The notes under the pieces are model-generated. The model did no database searches and was not told the origin of the DNA. It saw only the letters and a list, made by a program, of their open reading frames with translations. The position numbers and the translations under genes were made by a program. 60,833 nucleotides of DNA from Spirochaetia bacterium (GTDB lineage: Bacteria; Patescibacteriota; Microgenomatia; UBA1400; MFAQ01): positions 1 through 60,833 of the forward strand of contig DATIKJ010000041.1 of the NCBI GenBank assembly GCA_035477615.1. Direction: 5' to 3'. Below are positions 46,387 through 55,640 of this stretch, one piece after another. Each line of letters opens with the position of its first letter. Position 1 is the first letter of the stretch.

Positions 46387-47241
46387 CTATGGAATAACAA
46401 TAACGGGAGTTCCGAGAGGTGCCCAGTCGTATAGCCACTTGGCTTCGTCGGTTTTCATATTGACGCATCCGTGACTCATGGGGTTACCAAAGTTGCTGTG
46501 CCAGTAAGTGCCATGCAGGCCGTAGCCTTCAAAAAAATACATCGTCCATGGGACATTAGCTAAGTCGTAATCATCACCCTTCATTCGAGTTGATTCAAGT
46601 TTGATATATATTTTGAAATTTCCTTGAATTGTAGGATGTTTAGCTACACCTGTGGATACCAAAAATTCTTTTTGAATCTCACCATTTTCATAAGCATATG
46701 CTTTTTGTTCGGACAAAATGACCAAAATTTGTTTTTCTGTTTTGGATATGATTGATGGCGTGGAGTTTGGATCAGGAATCCGAAGTGTTTGTCCTACAAT
46801 AATTAAATTAGGATCGGTGATGTCGTTTTCAATAGCAATTAGAGCAATCGGTACTGAGAACATAACTGAGATTTGTCCAAGAGTATCCCCTTTTTGAACC
46901 TGATAATCAAAAGGGAATGCTGGAATGGGTGTTGAAGTGAAAGTAGGTTCTGGGGTAAAAGTCTCCGTAATTACTGGCTCGATCGTGATACTGGCAGTGG
47001 TAGTAGGTTCTGGGGTAAAAGATGGGTGGGACGTAACCGAAGGAACAAGTGGTGTTGTATTCCCTTCTTTCACACTACAAGAGAAGAGTGCTAGCGATAT
47101 GAAAATCGACCAAATTAACGATATAGCTCGTTTGGATTTGCGCAATATAGTCTCCTTTTTAATGAACTTGTTTTCGGAATATTGTATCATTTTGTGGATA
47201 GAGCAAGTTTTTTTAATATTTATCATGTTGTTTTTGGTCAA
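46387..47241 (-). CDS. LysM + YkuD L,D-transpeptidase (probable lipoprotein)
   Basis: LysM: YQVQKGDTLGQISVMFSVPIALIAIENDITDPNLIIVGQTLRIP. YkuD catalytic motif: GLHGTYWHSNFGNPMSHGCVNM. Signal with LFSC. The true start may lie downstream of 47241. Confidence 0.85.
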   Translation of the reverse strand: MTKNNMINIKKTCSIHKMIQYSENKFIKKETILRKSKRAISLIWSIFISLALFSCSVKEGNTTPLVPSVTSHPSFTPEPTTTASITIEPVITETFTPEPTFTSTPIPAFPFDYQVQKGDTLGQISVMFSVPIALIAIENDITDPNLIIVGQTLRIPDPNSTPSIISKTEKQILVILSEQKAYAYENGEIQKEFLVSTGVAKHPTIQGNFKIYIKLESTRMKGDDYDLANVPWTMYFFEGYGLHGTYWHSNFGNPMSHGCVNMKTDEAKWLYDWAPLGTPVIVIP

Positions 47242-47260
47242 GATGAGATAAAATGTAAGC

Positions 47261-48004
47261 GTGAAAAGAAATCCTGAATTTATTACTCTCGAAGGTCGGA
47301 ATATGGTGCATGATGCGCTGACGTCGGAACAGAAAATAGCCTCTGTACTTTTGGCTACGGCTACATTGAGTGACCCTAGGATTAGAGAAATAGAGAATCT
47401 AGCCAGAAAAAATGGTGTGCCTGTTCAGAAAGTTTCCTCTGAAGAGCTGGAAAAGATGTGTGATAGTCGAAACCCACAGGGTGTTGTGGCCCTTATGAGT
47501 ATTCCTGAAGCACCAACCTTGGAACAGATTTTAAAAGAAAAACGAAACGCTTTTCTCCTTTTGGTTAACCATATAGATTATGAACAAAATTTGGGAGCGA
47601 TACTGCGTACTGCATGGGCGGCAGGAGTGGACGCAGTAATTGCTTCTCCTAATGGCGTCCACGAACTAACTCCAGTGGTGACGAAAGTATCTATGGGAGC
47701 GGCGGCTTATGTTCCATTATTGGGAATGAGTATGTTCCAAGCAATCAAACTCCTTCATGAGTATGCTGTACCTGTGGTGGGAGTGGAAGTAGATATGGGT
47801 ACACCCTTTACCGAGACAAATCTGCGAGGACCTGTTGCTTTTGTAATGGGAGGAGAGTCTGTGGGTTTGTCTGAACCATTGCAAAAAGAATGTGACATTT
47901 TTGTAAATATTCCAATGATAAGAGAAGTAGCTTCTTTGAACGTAAGCGTGGCAACTGCTCTAGTTTTGTTTGAGAAGCTACGTCAGGAAAAAATTTGCAA
48001 ATAA
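47261..48004 (+). CDS. TrmH/SpoU-family RNA 2'-O-methyltransferase (RlmB-like)
   Basis: LGAILRTAWAAGVDAVI, VMGGESVGLS, IPMIREVASLNVSVATALVLFE are SPOUT motifs. GTG start. Confidence 0.85.
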   Translation: MKRNPEFITLEGRNMVHDALTSEQKIASVLLATATLSDPRIREIENLARKNGVPVQKVSSEELEKMCDSRNPQGVVALMSIPEAPTLEQILKEKRNAFLLLVNHIDYEQNLGAILRTAWAAGVDAVIASPNGVHELTPVVTKVSMGAAAYVPLLGMSMFQAIKLLHEYAVPVVGVEVDMGTPFTETNLRGPVAFVMGGESVGLSEPLQKECDIFVNIPMIREVASLNVSVATALVLFEKLRQEKICK

Positions 48005-48613
48005 TTATTTTTTTTCGATATTGGGATGATGAATTTCTGGATCAAATTTAAGTACATCTCGAAGATAGTTTTCACATTCTCGATATAGATCAGCTTTGGA
48101 TCCGGCATTCCACAAAACAATATTCGCCATTTCTAAACACTTGCCAACTTGTTGGCCATTTTCAGGTTCACCTATACCAAAGTCACGATTATCATCTCTT
48201 TCGAAGTCTACTGATGTTTTGCCATCTTCTCCCCTACTTATGACTCTATCTAGATACCACTCAAGGCGTTTTTCTTTTGGAGCATGAACACCAATAATTT
48301 TGGCATTTAATATATCCCGGAGAAAGGTAATTTCATCTGGGTTACGAACACCATCGATGACAATATTGTCTTCAGTGTTGGCTATAATTTCTAAAGTCCG
48401 TTCGGCCAGCACGGCACCTCCGTAAGTTAGTCTTAGCTCATTACCAACATCTTGGAGGAGAGTTCTTGTGATTTCTTGTCCTCGCGACTTTATTTCTTCT
48501 CTTATTCTGTCTGACAATACTTGATGGTGAAAACCTAAGCTTATTAAATGATTTGCCACGGTGCCCTTGCCAGAACAAAGTGAGCCAGTTAAGCCAATAA
48601 TGATTTTATCCAT
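48005..48613 (-). CDS. P-loop nucleotide kinase-like protein (CoaE/dNMP kinase-like)
   Basis: IIGLTGSLCSGKGTVANHL P-loop at the N-terminus. 202 aa. Substrate unknown. Confidence 0.6.
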   Translation of the reverse strand: MDKIIIGLTGSLCSGKGTVANHLISLGFHHQVLSDRIREEIKSRGQEITRTLLQDVGNELRLTYGGAVLAERTLEIIANTEDNIVIDGVRNPDEITFLRDILNAKIIGVHAPKEKRLEWYLDRVISRGEDGKTSVDFERDDNRDFGIGEPENGQQVGKCLEMANIVLWNAGSKADLYRECENYLRDVLKFDPEIHHPNIEKK

Positions 48614-48639
48614 AGGAAAAGTGTACTACAATATTTTTT

Positions 48640-48942
48640 ATGGCTGCAAAATACTTAGAAATTTTCAACGAAATGGTGTCAAAATACGAAAAAGAGTTTG
48701 ATACTTTTCAGGAACTCCATGATAAATATGAAAAGAATCCACAAAAATGGCAGAATGAGTTTAATGCTGAAGGTGCAAAGATAATGGAGATTGTTCGAGA
48801 ACACGAAAATCGTCTTTGTGGACACATGGAAAACACTAATAATGCGACTTACTCGGCAAATTTGGCTGAAAAATTTCGAAATGAGATTAAAAGATATTTA
48901 CCTAAGTTGGACATGATCGGTGTAAAGATAAGTTGTGGATAA
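48640..48942 (+). CDS. Hypothetical helical protein (100 aa)
   Basis: ATG ORF, charged/helical composition, no recognised motif. Confidence 0.45.
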   Translation: MAAKYLEIFNEMVSKYEKEFDTFQELHDKYEKNPQKWQNEFNAEGAKIMEIVREHENRLCGHMENTNNATYSANLAEKFRNEIKRYLPKLDMIGVKISCG

Positions 48943-48945
48943 TCT

Positions 48946-49317
48946 TTATTGAACACCGCAGTCGGATTTTATTTTTTCTATTAGTATCGTACAAAATTGA
49001 TCTGAAGCTGTTTTTTTGATCTGGATTATTTGTTCGTTGGCTAAGTCGGCGGCTTTTTTGCTGACTTCGTCTGTGATTTGTTTTAGGGGAGAGTCGCCAC
49101 TGTAGTCGGTGTAGGTACCCATTACTTGAGGAGTAGGAATTTTTATTTTGTCTGGTAGAACATTATTGGCAGTTTGAACAGCTGGAATTACAACTGAGTT
49201 TTGGAATGAGGGATTTTTTATATAGTAATCAACCGGATTAGAAATTTGAGGAAACATTTTATACAATCCAAATAATGCGAGAGTAATTAGAATAACTCGT
49301 ACAAATACATTGTTCAT
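48946..49317 (-). CDS. Hypothetical membrane-anchored protein (123 aa)
   Basis: N-terminal TM/signal segment VRVILITLALFGLY. The ATG shares 1 nt with the stop of the upstream ATP-cone gene (TAATG). Confidence 0.5.
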   Translation of the reverse strand: MNNVFVRVILITLALFGLYKMFPQISNPVDYYIKNPSFQNSVVIPAVQTANNVLPDKIKIPTPQVMGTYTDYSGDSPLKQITDEVSKKAADLANEQIIQIKKTASDQFCTILIEKIKSDCGVQ

Positions 49318-50159
49318 TATTTTTTACAAATTATGGCAATTTTTGATAGTATGGCAGGAGTATCATTTTCGTCTAGAATGTCACTAACTTCATTATTCAG
49401 AATTGCTGTATTTAATCTTGCACAGGTTACTATTCCACGAGCCAATAAAGCATCAATTTTATTTTTGGATATTCCATAGAGAATGGTAATTGGATGAAGT
49501 CCAGAAGTGACAATAAGATCTTGGAGACTTTCACCTTGTGGAAGTGCCCAAGTAGTAACTTTTAGACCGGTGCACTTACCATAATTGAGAACTTCGGTAG
49601 TGGCTTTGGTGTTGGTGATTAACCAAGGGTAGTTATTAACATTACCATTTTTTTTCTGGGCATCGTTGATATCTAGAAAACGAGCATAGCTATAGAGAGC
49701 TACTTGAATATCAATTTTTGTTCCAGGAGCGTTGTGATATTTACATTCAATAAAATATTTTTTATCTTCTTTTTGCGCAATTACGTCGATTTCGTGAGTG
49801 ACACATTTTCCTTGGGTAACAACACCAACCTCAGTTTTGTAGTTGTGTGATCGTAGTAAATCAGAAACCAAAAATTCTAAGGGGTGACCGGATGGACCAA
49901 GAGCCATGACAGCTCTTTTTAGACCGTAATAGAAAAAGTTTTCCGTGTATTCATTCTTTTTGAGGTATGTTGAGACATTATTATAAATTGCATCGGTAGT
50001 AACTTCATGTTTTAACTGATGTTTGAGATGGTCGACTGTACGAGAGGTGAGGTCTTGAGATAATCCAGTTTTTGCAAGAGATCTAATTACTTTTTCCTCA
50101 CTGAATGGTTCTTTGATACCTGAAGCTTTAATAACTGTTATGGGATTTATACTTTGCAT
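49317..50159 (-). CDS. ATP-cone domain fused to PD-(D/E)XK (Mrr-like) restriction-endonuclease-fold domain
   Basis: N-terminal VIKASGIKEPFSEEKVIRSLAKTGLS...AIYNNVSTYL is ATP-cone-like. GHPLEFLVSDLLRSHNYK...HEIDVIAQKEDKKYFIECKYH carries a D...E-x-K nuclease motif. Confidence 0.7.
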   Translation of the reverse strand: MQSINPITVIKASGIKEPFSEEKVIRSLAKTGLSQDLTSRTVDHLKHQLKHEVTTDAIYNNVSTYLKKNEYTENFFYYGLKRAVMALGPSGHPLEFLVSDLLRSHNYKTEVGVVTQGKCVTHEIDVIAQKEDKKYFIECKYHNAPGTKIDIQVALYSYARFLDINDAQKKNGNVNNYPWLITNTKATTEVLNYGKCTGLKVTTWALPQGESLQDLIVTSGLHPITILYGISKNKIDALLARGIVTCARLNTAILNNEVSDILDENDTPAILSKIAIICKK

Positions 50160-50191
50160 CTCTCTTTAATAATAGCATTAGGTTTAATTAT

Positions 50192-50200
50192 TGGTACAAT
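50192..50200 (+). promoter_or_regulatory. Extended -10 element TGGTACAAT upstream of proS
   Basis: Same 10-mer TTGGTACAAT as upstream of tRNA-Glu. It lies 27 nt before the proS ATG. Confidence 0.35.
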
Positions 50201-50227
50201 TGGAGTGTATTAAGTTAAAATTATGAT

Positions 50228-51469
50228 ATGAAAATGAGTAAAATGGGCATTCGCCCAGAAAAAACAGCTCCAGGGGACGCAGAAGCAATAAATCAGAAAT
50301 TATTGATTCAGGCGGGTTTTATTCATCAAGAAATGGCAGGTGTGTATACATTCTTACCGTTAGGTCTGCGGGTGATATACAAGATCGAAAATATTGTTCG
50401 GAAATACATGGATGAAATTGGGTCCGAGCTACTGATGCCAGGACTATCTCCAAAAGAGTATTGGAAGACGACAGGGAGACTTGAAACAATCGATGTTTTG
50501 TTTAAAGCAAGTGCAGCTAATGACGTATCACTTGCAAAAAGTGATGCTGAGTATATATTGTGCCCTACACATGAAGATGTCGTGGCTCCGCTGATACAGA
50601 AATACAATCCTAGTTATAAAGACTTACCTGTTTCCGTTTATCAAATTCAGACGAAGTATCGAAATGAGCCTAGGGCGAAGTCTGGTTTGTTGCGCTGTAG
50701 AGAGTTCCGCATGAAAGATCTGTATAGTTTTCATAAAGATGAAGCCGATTTGAAATTGTTTTATGAAGAAGCAAAAAAGGTATATATGAAAGTATTTGAA
50801 GAAATTGGAATTGGCAAAGATACGGTGATTGCTCTTGCTTCTGGTGGTGACTTTACTCGTGACTATTCTCATGAATTCCAGACAAGATGTGAAACAGGAG
50901 AAGATACTATATATCTCGATAAGACAACAGGTATCGCCTACAACAAAGAAGTAATGCCTGAAGGAGCTGATACTAATCCAAATTTTGAAGTTTTTAATGC
51001 CTGTGAAGTAGGTAATATCTTTCCTTTAGGAACAAAGTTTACCCAAGCGAATGGCTATGAATATACTGATAAAGACGGTAGTAAAAAACCGGTAGTAATG
51101 GGAAGCTATGGTATTGGTATTAGTAGAATGATGGGTGTTTTGGTAGAGAAGTTTCATGACGATAAAGGAATAATATGGCCAGCTAGTGTTGCACCTTTTC
51201 AAGTCCACCTAGTGGATTTACAACAGCTGGAAGAAGCTGGAAAAATATACACCCAACTTAAAAACGCTGGTGTTGATTCGCTTTGGGATGATAGAGAAAT
51301 GAGTGCGGGAGAGAAATTTGCCGACGCAGATCTGATTGGATGTCCTGTGAGGGTACTTGTTTCTTCTCGAAGTTTACAAAATGGTGGTGTTGAGGTGAAA
51401 CTACGTAGTGAAACGGAAAGTAAAATTATCTCTATTGATAAGCTAATAGAGTATATAAATAATGTTTGA
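50228..51469 (+). CDS. proS: Prolyl-tRNA synthetase, bacterial-like core without INS editing domain
   Basis: AINQKLLIQAGFIHQEMAGVYTFLPLG, YQIQTKYRNEPRAKSGLLRCREFRMKDLYSF (motif 2), GSYGIGISRMMG (motif 3), and an anticodon-binding C-terminus. Only 413 aa. Confidence 0.9.
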   Translation: MKMSKMGIRPEKTAPGDAEAINQKLLIQAGFIHQEMAGVYTFLPLGLRVIYKIENIVRKYMDEIGSELLMPGLSPKEYWKTTGRLETIDVLFKASAANDVSLAKSDAEYILCPTHEDVVAPLIQKYNPSYKDLPVSVYQIQTKYRNEPRAKSGLLRCREFRMKDLYSFHKDEADLKLFYEEAKKVYMKVFEEIGIGKDTVIALASGGDFTRDYSHEFQTRCETGEDTIYLDKTTGIAYNKEVMPEGADTNPNFEVFNACEVGNIFPLGTKFTQANGYEYTDKDGSKKPVVMGSYGIGISRMMGVLVEKFHDDKGIIWPASVAPFQVHLVDLQQLEEAGKIYTQLKNAGVDSLWDDREMSAGEKFADADLIGCPVRVLVSSRSLQNGGVEVKLRSETESKIISIDKLIEYINNV

Positions 51470-52136
51470 AATCTTGGGAATTACTTTCCATTGGTATGGC
51501 CTACTAGTTGGGTTGGGAATTTGGGTGGCAATGAAATTGGCTTTGAATAACCGTAACAAGATACCCAGTAACGATTTGGAAAAAGCAATGTGGTATGCGG
51601 TGATTGGAGGAGTTATCGGAGCGAGAATTTATCATGTAATTGATTTCTGGGGTCGATATTATTCAACGGACGTAATTAAAGTATTTTATTTATGGGAAGG
51701 TGGTTTGGCAATTTGGGGAGCAATTGTAGGAGGAGTGATAGGATTGTTGTCTTACTGCTACTTTAATAAATTGAATTTTTTAGAATATTTTGATGTGTGT
51801 ATAAATGGTTTGCCTTTGGCTCAAGCTATTGGAAGGATTGGAAATTATGCAAATGGTGAACTGTATGGGAAAAAAGGAGAACCCCTTTATGCTTATGAAG
51901 CGGCACTGAATTTAATTTTATTTTTTGTAATGAATAAGATACCTCTTAGATATAAGAAAAGAGGGGTTGTTTCAGGAGTGTATCTTGTGGGCTATGGAAT
52001 AATTCGGATAGTTTTAGAAAATTTTAGACCAGAAGAAAACATCTGGAGTTTATCTGGAATACCAGTAGCGATACTATTTAGTATTGCGGCAATTTCGGTT
52101 GGTAGCTTTCTTATTTTTCGGAGAAAACAATCTTAA
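51462..52136 (+). CDS. lgt: Prolipoprotein diacylglyceryl transferase
   Basis: HWYGLLVGLGIWVA, GARIYHV, LWEGGLAIWGAIVGG, GRIGNYANGELYG are typical Lgt motifs. 8-nt overlap with proS. Confidence 0.9.
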   Translation: MFEILGITFHWYGLLVGLGIWVAMKLALNNRNKIPSNDLEKAMWYAVIGGVIGARIYHVIDFWGRYYSTDVIKVFYLWEGGLAIWGAIVGGVIGLLSYCYFNKLNFLEYFDVCINGLPLAQAIGRIGNYANGELYGKKGEPLYAYEAALNLILFFVMNKIPLRYKKRGVVSGVYLVGYGIIRIVLENFRPEENIWSLSGIPVAILFSIAAISVGSFLIFRRKQS

Positions 52137-54477
52137 CAACATTATCCATGTTCTTCACAAAATAAAATTTTAAATCGCGACGAACTTTTTCTGGAAGGTC
52201 GACAATATTTTTTTCATTATCTTTAGGAAGAATAACTTGTTTTATTCCGGCACGGTGAGCGGCAATAACTTTTTCTCTAACTCCGCCAATTTCCAGAGCA
52301 CGACCACGCAGAGTGACTTCTCCTGTCATAGCAAGTTCTTTGGATACTGATTTTCCAGTAAATGCAGAGATAATGGCAGTGGTTATTGCCAGACCAGCGC
52401 TAGGACCATCTTTGGGGACTGCCCCTTCAGGAACATGAATGTGGATATCAGTCTTGGAAATTTTTTCATCTTTTATTCCAAGAACTGCACTGTGTGAGCG
52501 GACATAAGAGTAGGCAGCCTTGGCAGATTCTTTCATCACGTCTCCAAGTTGACCAGTGAGAATTATTTTTCCTTGCCCCGGCATAATAGCCACTTCAATA
52601 AATAAAATATCTCCACCAACTTTGGTATAAGCGAGCCCTGTAACTAAACCAATCTGGTCATTGTCTTCGGCAAGAGTGTGACTGTATATTATTGGTCCAA
52701 GGAATTTATTTATTTTTTCTTTGGTAATGATAATGGGTAGTTCTTTTCCGCTAGCTTTGGCTTTGGCAATTTTGCGCATAATTGAGGCAATTTGTCTTTC
52801 CAGGTTTCTAACACCGGCTTCACGAGTATAGTGACGAACTAAAAATCTAAGCATTGACGAGGTAAGACTGAGATCTTTTTGGTCGACTGAATTGGCTTCA
52901 GATTGCTTTTTAAGAAGATATTTCTTGGCAATGAAATACTTTTCTTCTTCGGTGTAACCGGAAAACTCGATAACTTCTAGACGATCTCGTAGGGCAGCAG
53001 GGATAGTATCTAGGACATTGGCTGTGGTGATAAAGAGTACTTGCGAAAGATCGAAAGGAATATCAAGATAGTGATCTTGAAAGCCAAAATTTTGTTCTGG
53101 ATCGAGAGCTTCAAGCAAGGCAGAGCTAGGATCTCCTCTGAAGTCAGCACCAATTTTATCGATTTCATCTAACATAAATACTGGATTACTTACTCCACTG
53201 TCTTTAATTGATTGAATTACTCTACCTGGCATAGCGCCGACATAGGTACGACGATGACCTCTAATCTCCGCTTCATCTTTCAAACCACCTAGTGACATCT
53301 TGACAAACTTACGACCAATGGCTTTGGCAATTGATCTACCAACTGAGGTTTTCCCTACACCTGGAGGTCCGACAAAACAAAGAATTGTTGGTGGGTTGAT
53401 AGCGTGTTTTTTTGTTTTTTTGGCTTGATCATTTTTTAGTTTAAGAACGGCAATGTATTCTAAGATTCTTTCTTTGACTTTTTCTAGTCCATAGTGATCT
53501 TGATCTAGAATTTTTTCCGCCTTTGATAAAGAGTAACGGCTTTTGGTGTACTCACCCCAAGGAAGTTCTAGTACAGTTTCGATCCAGGTACGTAGATATG
53601 ATGTCTCAGGATTATGAATAGAAAGTTTTTTGAGTCTATCTAGCTCTTTATTTACCTTGGTATAAATTTCTTTGGGAAGATTTATTTTTTTAAGTTTATT
53701 TTTTAACTCAGTAATCTCTTCCTCTTCCCCACCCTCTCCGAGCTCTTTTTGAATAGCGCGCATTCTTTCGCGAAGAACGGCTTCTTTCATACTGTCATCA
53801 AAACGTTTTTGAGTTTTGTTTTCAATTTTTTTCTCAAGTTCAAGAATCTTGATTTCTTCGGTTAGATGATCAGTAATATGAGAAAGTCGTTTTTCCAATG
53901 AACTATTTTCTAATAGTTGCTGTTTTTCAATGTTTTTAACATCGAGAATGGCGGATATTTGGAAGGAAACAAGTAGAGGATCTGAACTACTAATAATTTT
54001 GGTGAGAACACCTGGTTCGACATTGGCTTTACCAAGCTCTGAGGCGCGTCTTATGAGAGCGACTGCACGATTGGAGAGAGCAGAGATTGCTGATGTAATT
54101 CTGTTGTCTTCTGGATACTCTGATACAACTGCCCAGGTTAGCCCATCTATTTGTTCGAGACTGTCAATTTTGACTCTGAAAAGTCCTTTGACGATAGCAT
54201 GGAGTTCTTCGTTTACTGGGAGTGTTTTAACTATTCGACATACTGTACCCACTAGATAGTAATCTGCAAGGGTGTTTGGTATCGCTTTGGCATCTTTTTG
54301 GGAAACAAAACAGACCTCTGCATTGTTGGTATAGGCATTATTGATGCCAGCTATGGATGCTGGTTTTCCAAAAGTTAAGACGGCTTCTGTTTCGGGGAAT
54401 ATAACTCCCTCTTTAAGACCAATAAAGGGAACACGTGTTTGGTGAACAGTGCGTTTTTTAGCTTCATTCTCTAGCAT
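52111..54477 (-). CDS. lon: ATP-dependent Lon protease (LonA)
   Basis: N-terminal LON domain, Walker A GPPGVGKTS, catalytic PKDGPSAG. 788 aa. Its 3' end overlaps the convergent lgt by 26 nt. Confidence 0.96.
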   Translation of the reverse strand: MLENEAKKRTVHQTRVPFIGLKEGVIFPETEAVLTFGKPASIAGINNAYTNNAEVCFVSQKDAKAIPNTLADYYLVGTVCRIVKTLPVNEELHAIVKGLFRVKIDSLEQIDGLTWAVVSEYPEDNRITSAISALSNRAVALIRRASELGKANVEPGVLTKIISSSDPLLVSFQISAILDVKNIEKQQLLENSSLEKRLSHITDHLTEEIKILELEKKIENKTQKRFDDSMKEAVLRERMRAIQKELGEGGEEEEITELKNKLKKINLPKEIYTKVNKELDRLKKLSIHNPETSYLRTWIETVLELPWGEYTKSRYSLSKAEKILDQDHYGLEKVKERILEYIAVLKLKNDQAKKTKKHAINPPTILCFVGPPGVGKTSVGRSIAKAIGRKFVKMSLGGLKDEAEIRGHRRTYVGAMPGRVIQSIKDSGVSNPVFMLDEIDKIGADFRGDPSSALLEALDPEQNFGFQDHYLDIPFDLSQVLFITTANVLDTIPAALRDRLEVIEFSGYTEEEKYFIAKKYLLKKQSEANSVDQKDLSLTSSMLRFLVRHYTREAGVRNLERQIASIMRKIAKAKASGKELPIIITKEKINKFLGPIIYSHTLAEDNDQIGLVTGLAYTKVGGDILFIEVAIMPGQGKIILTGQLGDVMKESAKAAYSYVRSHSAVLGIKDEKISKTDIHIHVPEGAVPKDGPSAGLAITTAIISAFTGKSVSKELAMTGEVTLRGRALEIGGVREKVIAAHRAGIKQVILPKDNEKNIVDLPEKVRRDLKFYFVKNMDNVVKIVFSEK

Positions 54478-54611
54478 AGTTTTCAGATTTTAGCAGATTG
54501 TTGGGGAAATTGCTAATTTTTATTTACTGGTTGAAAATTCTTAGACCAACAAGGATGGTAGCAAGCACTGCCATTAAGGTTACTATCAAAAAAAAGGTAA
54601 ATGAAAATCGT

Positions 54612-55088
54612 TTATTGGTGGCCATTTTGTGTGTTTGAAATAATATCTACTGTCTTTTCATCAGTCCAAAGATGGTTGTTACCGACTTTGGCATATGCGC
54701 GAAAATAGATCTTTCCATTTTTATTAAACATAATATCTAAGTCGAAGAAATCAGGAAGGGAAAAAATTCCATGTGAGTAATCCTCTTGGTGATATGGATA
54801 GCCGACGGCTTCTGGAGAGTCATTTTGGGTAAGAGCGCTGGGAGAGGCTGTGTAACCCCAGTAAATTGTAGTTTTAGGGGTGAAGAGATCAGATGAACCA
54901 TCGATATGCCAGATAAAAGTACCTGTTTGACCAGTAACAACTTTTTCAGGATACGACTCAAGAGAAATTCCCAATGGAGAAGGCCTGGTTTCTTTGATTT
55001 TTTTTTGAGCTACTAGATAGTTGTAACTGACCAAACTTATAAAAAAGAGGGCACAGATAAAAAAGTAAAGAATAAATTTGCGATTCAT
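54612..55088 (-). CDS. Hypothetical secreted/membrane-anchored protein
   Basis: 158 aa, N-terminal TM segment FILYFFICALFFISLVSYNYLV. ATGA overlap with dtd. Confidence 0.5.
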   Translation of the reverse strand: MNRKFILYFFICALFFISLVSYNYLVAQKKIKETRPSPLGISLESYPEKVVTGQTGTFIWHIDGSSDLFTPKTTIYWGYTASPSALTQNDSPEAVGYPYHQEDYSHGIFSLPDFFDLDIMFNKNGKIYFRAYAKVGNNHLWTDEKTVDIISNTQNGHQ

Positions 55089-55537
55089 AGTTTGTTTGAG
55101 TCTAAGATTATGGTAATAGGACCATTGAGACTGGTTTCTATCTTCATGTGTTCGGCAAAAAACCCAGTTTTAATGGTGAGTCCTTCTTTAGTCAGTTTAT
55201 CAGCAAACAGTTGGTAAAGTTTGATGGCTAATGTTTTGTCGGCAGCAAGAAAGAAATCGGGACGGTTGCCTCTTTTGACATCTCCTAAAAGGGTAAACTG
55301 GGAAATTAGCAAAATTTCTCCTCTTTCTGCTTGAATATCTAGATTCATCTTTTTTTCTGCGTCTGCAAAAACTCTTAGTTTAATTATTTTGGAAACTAGT
55401 TTATCAACGTCTTTTTCTGAATCTGTCTTGGAAACGCCAAGAAAAATAATCAAACCACGCGAGATTTCGCTTCTAACATTTGGTTGATCGTAGATAGAAA
55501 CACTGGCTTGATCAACTACTTGAGTTACAGCAATCAT
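55085..55537 (-). CDS. dtd: D-aminoacyl-tRNA deacylase
   Basis: GLIIFLGV, LISQFTLLGDVKRGNRPDF and a C-terminal NGPITIIL are typical Dtd motifs. Confidence 0.92.
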   Translation of the reverse strand: MIAVTQVVDQASVSIYDQPNVRSEISRGLIIFLGVSKTDSEKDVDKLVSKIIKLRVFADAEKKMNLDIQAERGEILLISQFTLLGDVKRGNRPDFFLAADKTLAIKLYQLFADKLTKEGLTIKTGFFAEHMKIETSLNGPITIILDSNKL

Positions 55538-55640
55538 ATTAGATGATTATAATTGCTTGCGAGATTTATGCGTTATTTAAATGAGTTGTTTTTTTACAAG
55601 AGCAATTTCCCGTCTATATTATTCACCTCTTACACAGTTT

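Noticed and set aside
48934-48942. Perfect DnaA-box 9-mer TGTGGATAA
   Set aside because: It is a single copy at the 3' end of a coding ORF. About 0.5 such matches are expected by chance in 60 kb on both strands, and there is no cluster or AT-rich unwinding element nearby.
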